A stretch of 64,000 nt of DNA from Mytilus trossulus. Its lineage: Eukaryota. The notes below the pieces were generated by a model. That model saw only the letters and a program-made list of their open reading frames with translations, was not told where the DNA came from and did not search any database. The position numbers were made by a program, and so were the translations under genes. The stretch is taken from the NCBI RefSeq assembly GCF_036588685.1, contig NC_086377.1:80414001-80478000 (forward strand), written 5' to 3'. Every line of letters begins with the position of its first letter. Position 1 is the first letter of the stretch. This document shows positions 52,719-64,000 of the stretch, in pieces.

Positions 52719-55462
52719 TTAAACACTGAATAAAAGCCCCGCGAATTGTCTAGTATTGTTATCTGTTCCATTTTCATTATCTGGGGAATTCTTGAACACT
52801 ATGGTAACCCCAGATTGCTGGTCTGTGACAGACTCCTGACAGTCTGTTCCATAAAAATGCCGGTGTGTCATCCGATCCAATACAATAGTATAATCTCTCA
52901 TAGAAGTGACACGAACAGGTTTACAAAAGTCAATCTGCTGAACGTCCCCGCCATTTTGTGAAAGGTTTATGTTTTCTTGCTGTTGAAATGATTCCTCTTT
53001 AGAATCATTTAGTACTTTAATGTTCAGAGTACCAGGATCATAACAATGCATACTCCTGGTACCTTTAATGCCGTGAACATATTGATAAACCGCAGGAAAA
53101 ATATTTACCCCCTTGAGCCAAATCTCTTTATTTGAACGAAATGTGAGGGACTGTATTCCCGATGTCCCAATAGGACCAGATATCTGTCCATATCGGTTGA
53201 TTATATATGTTTGTCGTTTAGATACAGGAGCTCTAATACTCCTCGGAAAGGCTAGTGATGGTTCACCGAAATGGGATTGATAAATAGATACCATTTCGTT
53301 ACTTGTGAGTAAACCAGAGTAAGCAATGGCTTTTGAAAAGAATTTCATATCAATATTAGGGAATCTTATCAGATACAAAATATTTCCAAGGGATTCCCGC
53401 ATATTTTCACCAGAAGGCTCTAATTTTGCAAGCTCACACTGATATTTACCCCATTTTAAAATAAACTGACAGATGTCTGTTTCGCTGCAGTCAAGAAAAT
53501 CAGATTTCAAAATCAGCTCCAAACAATCCTTGGAAAGGCTCACTGCATGTTCTGAAAGAAGGCATGCCTTTGTATTCTTCTCTATATAGTCTAGGCTTTC
53601 TGTTTGGAGATCTGACAGGTGGTATTGATATGCGGTTTGTAAAGCCTTGGTCGCATGCTCTGATTGTGCCGTTTGTTTAAGAACTGTCTCGCATTTCCTT
53701 TTCACTGCAGCTAACATATACTTATCAGCTGCATACAATATCTCCTTCACATTGTTGTTTGTAATTGTGATGTCATCGCTATAAGAATATCTGCAAGAGA
53801 AAATGAATAACGTTAAAATTCAGTTCAAGAACTTAAATGAAACAAGCACTTACCACGTCCACTTGTATTTTTGTCCATCTGATGAGTTAAGCCTTTTTTA
53901 ACTGATTTTTAAAGTTCGTTCTTATGTTGTACTGTTATACCACTGTCCCAGGTTAGAGGAGGGTTGGTTGGGATCCCGCTAACATGTTTAACCCAGCCAC
54001 ATTATTTATGTATGTGACTGTCCCAAGTCCGGAGCCTGTAAGTTCAGTGGTTGTCGTTTGTTTATGTGTTACATACTTGTTTTTCGTTCATTTTTTTACA
54101 TAAATAAGGCCATTAGTTTTCTCGTTTGAATTGTTTTACATTGTCTTATCAGGGTCTTTTATAGCTCACTATGCGGTATGGGATTTGCTCATTGTTGAAT
54201 GCCATACGGTGACCTATAGTTGTTAATGCATGTCTGTGTCATTTAGGTCTTTTGTAGATAGTTGTCTCATTGGCATTATACCACATCTTCTTTTTTATAC
54301 TTAATATACTTTTCAAGAGCAATTTTTGTATTAAGGCCCATAAGGAACGGGACAATCTAAACCTTTGAAATGCCTTGAAGTTGAAGTAGCTGAAACGATA
54401 TTTATATTGCTTCATTTTGAAGATGTTGAATTCCTCACTGTTAGTTTGTAATGCTATTGCACCGACGTTACCCCATGTTTCAACGGAAAGAGAGTTGCGA
54501 TTTTCTGGTTCTTTCCGTTTTGTTTCATAATAAAAACATCATATATACCATGACTAAATTTAGTATAAACATCAGACGCGCGTTTCGTCTACAAAATAAA
54601 CTCCTCACCGACGCTCGAATCCAAAAAAGGTTAAAAGGCCAAATAAAGTACGAAGTTGAAGAGCATTGAGGACCACAATTCCTAAAAGTTTTGCCAAATA
54701 CAGCTAAGGTAATCTATGCCTGAAGTAGAAAAGCCTTAGTATTTAAAAAAAAATCAAAAATTTGTAAACAGTAAATTTATAAATATAACCATATCAATGA
54801 AGTGCTGACTACTGGGCTTGTGATACCCTCGGGGAAATAAATCCCCACCAGCAGTGGCATCGACCCAGTGGTTGTAAATACAACCATCTTAGATAAATTA
54901 GTTAGTGTTGACAAGTTCTGTATGAAAATTAACCTTATTCATATCGTTGTGAAAATCTTCTCTTCATATGCAGCAAAAATAAAAGAGCAAACCAATATCT
55001 TCAGTAATCTCTGTACATTGTTAAACAAATTTGACTGCAGTTCTCGTAGTTCCACACTGTTTTTATCTCTGTGCCCCGGCTTTTCTACCAATGAAACAAC
55101 TATATGTGCAGCTAAAAGTGCTGAAAATAGCGTTCGCAACCAAATAATCAATCAATCAATGTACAATTCTTGTGAAGTCATCAATTTTTATTCATTGTCT
55201 GTACTCACTTCAGAATATCCCGAAAGGTATTGTCATCAATATCAGATATTGTTATTTCTCCTTTTTCGGGCAGAGACCCCTCAAACATGGTGTGGAAGAC
55301 GACACTCCGGGTCGACAACATGAACTTGTGTGCGTTGATGAGTGTTCGGTCATGTCCAACTCTGAAGGTGACGTCACACATGATCTCGTTCTGTAGCATA
55401 TACATCAGACATTCAGGCAAATCCTTATCATCGCGCCATTCGGTTATATTATTGGCATCCAT
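52719..55462 (-). CDS. BTBD3/6: BTB/POZ domain protein, BTBD3/BTBD6-like (BTB-BACK-PHR), paralog 2, 441 aa
   Basis: Exon 55209-55462 (MDANNITEWRD..CDVTFRVG..AHKFMLSTRSVVFHTMFEG; gtgagt) plus exon 52719-53790. Same phase-2 intron position as paralog 1; open frame. Confidence 0.92.
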
Positions 55463-55516
55463 CTTAAATATAATAAGAAAAAAATAATTCAGTTTCATAA
55501 AACCAGACAATAATAT

Positions 55517-55949
55517 GGTCCTAGACAACAATTGTCGTCTCTTGATTTCGTCCCTAGTGTTGACAGTGGTTTACCTGCCATTAATTTTTATACCGCTTCC
55601 AAATTTATTTCTCCATGTTTAATGCCTCAAATTACAAATAGGGGGTAAAAATTACACTGTAAAAATGTGGGTTCGTAATTTTAAAGGAAAGTAGTGATTT
55701 GTTCCAGCTGAAAAAGGTTTAAAATTAGCACTTCGAAAGCTGTCAAAAGATTTCAAGACGCCCTAAACATAAAATTGTCCATATTTTAAGTTAGAGCCGA
55801 TGAAATTTCTATAGTGTTGATATAATTTGTTCCAAAAGTAGTACAGCACACTGTAAAAGTTTCTTTGAGAAAGCGCAGGTGGGATTTTGTTTTATTTTCA
55901 TTTATGTTCTAAAATAAAATGCACTTCGAAATAATTGTGGTCCCGGACC
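55517..55949. mobile_element. MITE with imperfect ~17-bp TIRs
   Basis: GGTCCTAGACAACAATT vs revcomp GGTCCGGGACCACAATT; flanked by TAT on both sides. Confidence 0.6.
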
Positions 55950-58900
55950 TATATACGATCCCATGCCTTGTAAAGCAGAAATGGGCATACAATGCCAAAA
56001 AAGTCGTTAACAAGTCGTTTATAAGTCGCAATCAAACTTGATACCTTTTTTTAGTTTATACACAAAAATGCTAGTAAATCTAACATAGGGATGACTCAAA
56101 AAGAAATTAAAAGATTATTAATACAATTTAATTATCTTTTGTTTTGTAATTTTTTTAAAAGTTTTTGAAAACAAGGAATATGATGATTGTGTTGAAGAGG
56201 ATTTTTATATCATATTCGGTTCAAATGGTGCGATTGATTACTGAAAAAAAGTTGGTACAATATGACGAAGGGATAGAAATGCTCTATATATATCTGAACA
56301 ACGTACGACATTCCAGGGTTTGTTAATTGATAAAATTATTTCTTAAAATTCTATTTAAAAAAATGAGAAGTAAAACACTTGAGTTATCAAAACGAATGAA
56401 ATGCAAAGAAACTTAAGATTTTGACGCAGAATATATATACCTAAAAGTATATTTAACATGTTTTAAATATCTCAAAAGTCGAAATTTATACATGTTCCTC
56501 GTTTCTCGTTTTATATAGATAAGACCGTTGGTTTTCACGTTTGAATGGTTTTACATTACTAATTTTTTGGTCCTTTAATAGCTTGCTGTTCAGTGTGAGT
56601 TAAGGTTCCGTGGTGAAGGCCGTTCATTGACCTTTAAGGGTTTACTTTTATAAATTGTTATTTGGATGGAAAGCTGTCTCATTGACACATCTTTCTATGT
56701 CTAAGTCATTAGTATATTGTAAAATCATTTTCATCCGATATCGACATTTAAAAACAAATACAATTTTATTTCAACACATGCGTTTTGAAGTTATGTATCG
56801 TTGACCGTAGTTCCCATTAATGCATTTGAGGATATTTTTCTTTCGGTGGGGGAAGGGGGGTCTGGGGAATGTGGAAGAAAACAAATCGAGTATATTAAGG
56901 TAATTGGACTTTTTTTTATACCTTTTGTTTATCTTTGGGGAAATGATAATATTTAAAGAATAGAAAAAGTTCTACTTTCATTTTCGTATGAAAAAGGGAA
57001 AGTAACAAAATTTCGAACTCCGAAGAAAATTCAAAACGGAAAGTCCCTAAGCAAATGACAAAGTCAAAAGGTCAAAAACATAAAACCAATAGATACACAC
57101 TGTCATATTCCTGACTGGGTGCAGGCATTTTCCTATGTAGAAAATGATACTTTATCCATCTTTACACAAGGGGTATGCTAAATTTAAACTTTATACGGAT
57201 AAAATCAGATTGCATCTGTTATAGTGAATTAATAATTATTTTAAAATTCATTAGAGATTCAATTACAAGAAAACAAACCGTATTCATATCTATCAGTTTT
57301 TGACGTCCTTTATCTGTAGACGCTCTTGGTATAGCGTTAGTACACATGTAATAATCTTTCAAATTATAATGTGTGATATCAGTTGATAACTTCAGGCCAA
57401 ATAAGTTAAATTTTGATGATTTTCGTAAATCGTTTTAACAAACCTATTTAAATTAACATTTATTGTTGAAATACGTATCTGGGGCATCACAATTGATATC
57501 ATGTATGTTCATTTGAGTTGCATTTATTAATAAGGATCCTGATAGAAGTCTAATGTAACGTCAAAGGCCATGATAATATATCCAAGAAATCTATGGATTG
57601 TATTTATTATTTCTCAAACGAAAATATATCTTTATATCTTGCAATTTCCACATGATATCGAGTCCCTGTCCGGAAATATATTTTTTGTCAGTATTTTTGT
57701 GGGGAACAATACTAAAGGCCCTACCTTTCTTGATGAAAAGACCTTACTGATTTGATTTGATTTTTGTTGTTTTAACGCCACTTTTAGGCACCGCATTTTG
57801 GCTATTTCGTGGCGGCCAGTTGTTATTGGAGAAAGCAGCCAGGGTGCCGTGTTTGAACTAACACCCTCAGTGTTGACTGGCTAGTGATTACAGTAGAAAC
57901 TACCACTTACATCACTTGGCCACAGACGCCCGAGACCTTACTGTCTTACTTTGTCTGTTTATTATTATTATTCGTTTTCCTCCGCCAAGTTTTAAAGTCA
58001 AAAATCAAAAAAAAGTACGCGACATTTCAAAATGATCTTCGGTATCAAGTATCGGGTTGGTGTACTATTCACCATATAAGAGTTATCTCCCCTATTCCAA
58101 AAAACATCGTAATTGTTACTCTTCATAAACTATAAGAGTTAGCGACACATGATTTGGTCCTTACCCAAATGAATTGAAAAACAAAGCCATGTTGTGATAT
58201 CAAAAAGAAAAATGTGTCAATTGTCATGATTTAGTCCGACTTAATCAGATTGAAGCGCGCAAAAACAATATAAACATTTAGACAACTCATGATTAGGAGA
58301 CAACAAGACACATATATCATATAACTTGACCGAAATAATGTATATATACGACCTTTTTCTTTTCGAGTATACTGATGTGACACCATCAGCTTAGGCCTAG
58401 TCAAACAGAAAGTACAACAAATTTAGTTTAAACTTTTAAAACAAATATAAATGATTTATGTAGGTATAACCTGCAAAAGCGACAAAAATAAAAAATTGAA
58501 ATTCAATTCAATATGAACAATTAATATATCTTTCCTTCCATATTATTTTAGATAGTCATACTGTTATGCACTTGTCGCACCAACATACTTGTGGTGTCCT
58601 TTGATAGGGGAAATATATATTTATGAATTTATGACTTACGCTAAAATCACGTAACACTCCCTTAAACCATGGATTCCCAAGTTATTCACATTTTACCGGG
58701 AAATTTTTGAACCCCTGTATTTGTGGTTTGTGCTTGGTTCGTTTCTGTGTGTGTGTTACATTGTAGTGTTGTGTCGTTGTTCTCCTCTTATATTTAATGA
58801 GTTTCCCTCAGTTTTAGTTTGTTACCCCGATTTTGTTTTTTGTCCATGGAGTTAAGAGTTTTGAACAGCGGTATACTACTGTTGTCTTTATTTAAGAGTT

Positions 58901-59519
58901 AACTATAATTTTGTCCTTCAAAATCAGTTAAAGAAGGTTTTGTCCCTATTTGAAAGGTTATATTTCTTCGGTACAAATGTAACAAAATTGCGCCTTAATG
59001 ATCCAAATATTTCATAACAGCTAGTAAGGTCAAGGGTCAATGTCAACCTACACGGGTATGAAAACACACATAAACCCTTTAATTATCGTCAATGTCATTG
59101 CAAAAGACCCTTTGGGTCTGGAAGAGTGTGCTAAAGAGTGTTGTCTAATAACGTCTTTTAGCAAACCGTCAATAAGGGTTATGTTTAAACAATTGTAAAA
59201 AGGAAAACAGTCATAGTGTAACAAAATTGTCCCTTGTTAAACCAAACATTTTGCCCGTTATCTATTACCATTTGATAATAAAAGTGATATCAAAGAAAAT
59301 AATGTCAAAATCTTAAATATGACCATGACCCTTTACCTTGACCTATATTTTCAAGTTATGGTCCAATGATCTCAAATCAAAATACCCTAGGTCTTCACAA
59401 CTTATGGTTTATGAGATTCCTATATATACTATTTAATAAAAACTTGAAAACTTGAAACTATTACAAAAGTTGTTTCTTTTAAAATTGTAACACAGTGATA
59501 ATATTTTGACTATTTTACT

Positions 59520-59940
59520 TATTATGTCTGTTTTGTTCACGCATCGTTGTAAATATAACGGAATTTGATGAGACTCGTACATGTGAGAGGTTTAGCGCTA
59601 TAAACACAGGTTCAATCCACCATTATCTACATTGGAAAATACCTGTACAAAGTCAGGAATATGACAGTTGTTTTTAATTCGTTTTTGATGTGTTTTGTCA
59701 TTTGATTTTGCCATGTGATTAGGGACTTTCCGATTGAATTTTTTAAAGTGAAAGGCTTAGCGCTATAAACCAAGATTCAATTCACCATTTTTTAAATTTG
59801 AAAATGCCTGTACCAAGTCAGGAATATGACAGTTGTTGTCCATTCGTTTGATGAGTTTTGTCATTTGATTTTGCAATGTGATTAGGGACTTTCGTTTGAA
59901 TTTCCCCGGGAATTCAGTATTTTTGTGATTTTACTTTTTA
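59520..59940. repeat. Interspersed repeat family D with internal tandem duplication
   Basis: AAGTCAGGAATATGACAGTTGTT...GTGATTAGGGACTTT occurs twice; inverted copies at ~48565-48740 and 57000-57145. Confidence 0.7.
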
Positions 59941-61426
59941 CAACGATCTTATACAGGGAATGTCAAGTGCAGTCCTTAATGAAAAACAAACAACCGCCAA
60001 TCATTCCATCAAGATAATAACTAACACACAATTTATCTCATGCAACATGTTTAAGTATGCTATTTAAAAATGGGCATATGTTGTATGATTGCCTTGAAAG
60101 TCGTCTTTATAGACAATTATTTCCTACGCCGAAAACACTTCGAGTGATGGCATATCATAATGTCATTTTTCTAAGTCTATATTCATAAAGTATTTCGCTT
60201 TAAACTTGTCAGAAAACTGCATTCACATATTCCCCGTTTCCATTCTCAAATTTATATTGTATTGAAAATGTATTCAGGGCCAACTGTCATTTTGGTCTTT
60301 TGTGAATAGTTGTCTCATTGGCAATCATACCACATGTTCTTCTTTATATTAAAGTCTTTTGGGCTGTCTTAAAGAAATTATGATTGATTGATTGTTGGTT
60401 GCCTAACGTCAAGTGGCAAGTATGTCATGCGTATTCAGGCGAGAATAAGTTAACAATAAATACAATAGGTAGGTTTTGTCATAATAAAGGCCATTTGGGA
60501 TGATAGTCGGGAAAATTTGAGCTGCCACTGAGGGTATATTAGATAGGGACAGAAATGTTACCTTGCAACTGGCCACCTACGGACCCCTCAAAGAGTTGTT
60601 GCAATGGTTCTTAACGTGCAAAGAGCGTGGTACTCTCTTTACACGAGGCATCGGATTTAACGTCCCCAATCTGACCGGACGTGACTGCGAATTTGATACA
60701 TCCCGCACAGTCAAACGGACGCCCCACTACGGCAAGCGTTTTACTGCCAGTCGAAAGAAGACAAAGTGACCATATTTCTTTTCCCCAGTCACCCTTAGAC
60801 GGAGAGAAAATGTGTAATTGTTGCGATTACTTGCAAAGAATTATATAGGAATATTTAGTATATATTACCTAATTTAATTCGTTCAGAAAGTGTCATAGTT
60901 TCACATGTATTTCCAAAGGTAGACTCAAAAGGTAGACAGAACAGTGATATATTGCACAGTTCTCTTTTAATTAGAAATTTTGTATGACACAACAACAGCA
61001 AGTTATTAAAATAAGTTGTATTCTATTCAGATGTATGAACAATAAAAATATGAAAATTGAAATTTTAGCATGGAGTCGATACGAGGACAATGTACCTTGA
61101 GAAATATATTGACTTCGGACAAGGCTTTTATTCGACGTATTACACACAGTTATCGATATGCAATGTAACATCTGTTTTTTTAACACGACTTCCATGCTAG
61201 AATTAAACCTATTTGTTGATCTTTCAATGCATTTGTATATAATGGTTGGTGTATACATTGGTTAACCAGAAAGTAAAGTGTTTAATGTAAGATCAATTTT
61301 ATATAGGCAGAATTTGCCAAACCCGCGAATTCAAGAAACCACGGAAAAAAATTAGTCTTCAATCCACAAATTCAGAACAACGAAAATAATTCAATCTACA
61401 ACAGTGATAGTGTGTAAAGTTCTCCA

Positions 61427-61686
61427 ATGTCAAGCACAAAGGATGAAAGCCCAGATTGGAGGGAGGCTAAAAGTTTGTCGGAATGTCTGATGTACACATT
61501 TAAAAGTGAAATTAAGTGTGATGTCACTTTCAGGATAGGGGAAGACAAAACTATAGTGAAGGCGCACAAGTATATTTTGTCAACTCGCAGCCAAGTGTTT
61601 CATACAATGTTTGAAGGGCCAATGTCAGAGACAGGAGATATAGATATACCAGACATTGATACAAATACGTTTGACCTGATTTTAGA
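61427..61686 (+). CDS. BTBD3/6: BTB/POZ domain protein, BTBD3/6-like paralog 3, first coding exon (rest beyond window)
   Basis: MSSTKDESPDWRE..CDVTFRIG..VKAHKYILSTRSQVFHTMFEG..IPDID; donor GA|gtaagt at the same phase-2 position as paralogs 1 and 2. Confidence 0.85.
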
Positions 61687-62089
61687 GTAAGTAAATGTTT
61701 TTATTAGCCGTAATTATATTTGTATAAATTTCCTGTATACAAAACTTTAAATTTTTTGAAAAACTAAGGATTTTCTTATCCCAGGCATAAATTACCTTAG
61801 CCGTATTTGGCACAACTTTTTGGAATTTTGGATCCTCAATGCTCTTCAACTTTGTACTTGTTTGGGTTTATAAATATTTTTGATTTGAGCGTCACTGATG
61901 AGTCTTATGTAGACGAAACGCGCGTCTGGTGTACTAAATTATAATCCTGGTACCTTTGAAAACTATTTATGTATGAAATTAAATTGTAATTTCGTAATTT
62001 TCATTACTGATATATAACATGTATAAAAACCCAGCGCACTTCTTACAAAAGATTCAACAGCAAAGTTGAATAGGACCGAAAATTTCAAC

Positions 62090-62720
62090 ATACAGCTACT
62101 GTAAAATTCTTGGTGTATACAAAACTATCATGTACCTATCTAGATTAAATAATGACAATTTAAACCAATTTAAGTCTAAATCAACTTCCAGTCTTTAAAT
62201 TAACTATAAATTTAGATACTAAAGGAACATAGTCTTGGTATACTTTTGCAAATAATGTGTCACAAGACATAAATATTGACATCAAACTTATTGAAGAAAC
62301 TAAAACTTTAAAACAAACTACAAAGTTAGAACCTCAATTAAAAAAAGGTTATACTAACTGTTATCAAACTTTTATTGATGATAAAATAAATGACTTGAAT
62401 GAAAATAATAAAATATACCTATATAAATTTCTTAAATCTAATATAAATGACCAAATGTAATACTATCTAACACCCCCAAATACGATAAACAAAAATACCA
62501 AGAAACACAAGAAAATGTAGAATATGTGATTCTTTAACTGTAAAATGAATAAAAATAAAAGAGAAATCTTTTTAAAACATTTTATACAAAAATATGTCAA
62601 TTTTAATACACTTAACATAACTGATAGACTCGTGATTATACTAAATCCACCAACACCAAATGATATAAAACAGTTGTTTCTTTTATTAAAGAGTCATTAG
62701 AAATTAGAACTGAGGAAGTT
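62090..62720 (+). mobile_element. Decayed LINE ORF2 3' remnant in the intron of paralog 3
   Basis: Fragments YCKILGVYK and KIYLYKFLK..YYL with stops and frameshifts, resembling the post-RT region of non-LTR elements. Confidence 0.5.
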
Positions 62721-64000
62721 TTGTAATTAATTTATAATTTATTCCAAAATAATGATAATTCATATCAGCACAGAAGTGCTGACTGCTCGGTTGGTGATGT
62801 TTTTTTTTCTGACGTTGGCTATATCTAAAATTTCCATAGCTGCGGAATAACATAAAATTGAGAACTGAAACGGGGAATGTGTCAACTCAACCAATAGCTT
62901 AAGGCCAACATATTTGTATTCAAACAGAATTAAAAAGAATTAAATAAAACTCATGCTTAAGTATATTGTAAAAAATGAGATCTCATTTCCGAGTGGGCAC
63001 ATTGATAGTTATATTTATAAATTAACTGTTTACAAAACTTTTGAATTTTTAAATAATAAGGCTTTTCGAGCTCAGGAATATAATACCTCAGCTGTATTTG
63101 GCAAAACTTTTAGGAATTTTGGTTTTCAATGCTCCTCAACTTCGTACTTTATTTGGCCTTTTTTAACTTTTTTGGATTCGAGCGTCACTGATGAGTCTTT
63201 TGTAGACGAAACGCGCGTCTGGCGATAATACAAAATTTAATCCTGGTATCTATGATGTGTTTATGTAGATGAATGAGTCAAACAGAATCATATTTTTGTA
63301 GGGAAAAAAAAACTTTAATTTAGTATTCAATTTGCTTCCAACCATCAATAAGTTAATTAGCATTTTAATAGTAAACACGATTGACAAAAATCCCAGTCAA
63401 CGACTAACTTACATCTTTTCTTTAAGCCACAATTAAACTTTAAGAATACAAACAAATTATGTGGTGTACAAATACCAATTGTTCGTTTTATTCTACAATC
63501 AGCAAACTTTTATACATATAACATGTACACGAATATTTTTATACTTTATTTGTTCTTGAAATATACAGCCTCGTGTTATCCCGCCGTATTGAGCAAACGG
63601 TAAAGGGGAACTTCTAACAGTATAATTTTTTATCCTCTTCGCAGTCTGCGTTAAAACTAGAACAATCAGAGACACCTATTTGAATTGACACGCATATATC
63701 TTTCTCATCCTCGCTTGTCGTCCTGTATGTTTCTAAAGCTCGCACACATATTTTTAAAATTTTAAAACATATATTTTATGACAATATACATATATTGTAT
63801 ATATTTAATACATGTACTAGGAATTTCCACCGCGAGTAGCTTTGAAAAATTGTTTCGATGTTTCCATGTGAACACAAAAACAGTTTGTTAAAATGTATAA
63901 ACCGTACATGTATGTTTTACAGATATATTTATACTGACAGCAGCAGCAATATATCACACGAGAATGTTGAGAATGTCCTTTACGCTGCCGAGAAGTACAT

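Overview
AT-rich, intron-containing animal genomic DNA. The interspersed repeat families and the BTBD3/6-like expansion resemble those of bivalves, probably Mytilus; this is inference, not a database result. Main contents, left to right: (1) the last two putative exons of a + strand gene ending in a GPI-anchor-like signal, with a LINE fragment and a 3.9-kb 42-bp satellite in its upstream intron; (2) a ~13-kb 60-bp satellite interrupted by an intact, very young 5.06-kb Ty3/Gypsy-type LTR element with apparently identical 867-bp LTRs, a tRNA-Leu PBS, a PPT and an intact gag, but no pol; (3) a 10-exon minus-strand gene reconstructed by hand (mostly invisible in the ORF track) encoding a 256-aa secreted, furin-site-bearing coiled-coil protein in which two 21-nt microexons each encode one heptad, with a solo LTR ~0.6 kb upstream; (4) a cluster of three BTB/POZ (BTBD3/6-like, BTB-BACK-PHR) paralogs, two tandem on the minus strand and a third divergent on the plus strand that runs off the window; (5) many non-autonomous DNA transposons (Ginger-like, Kolobok-like, hAT5/hAT6-like, Helentron-like), V-core SINEs and LINE remnants. 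The long ORFs inside the satellites are artefacts of repeat units that are multiples of 3. No CRISPR, rRNA or real tRNA genes are supported.
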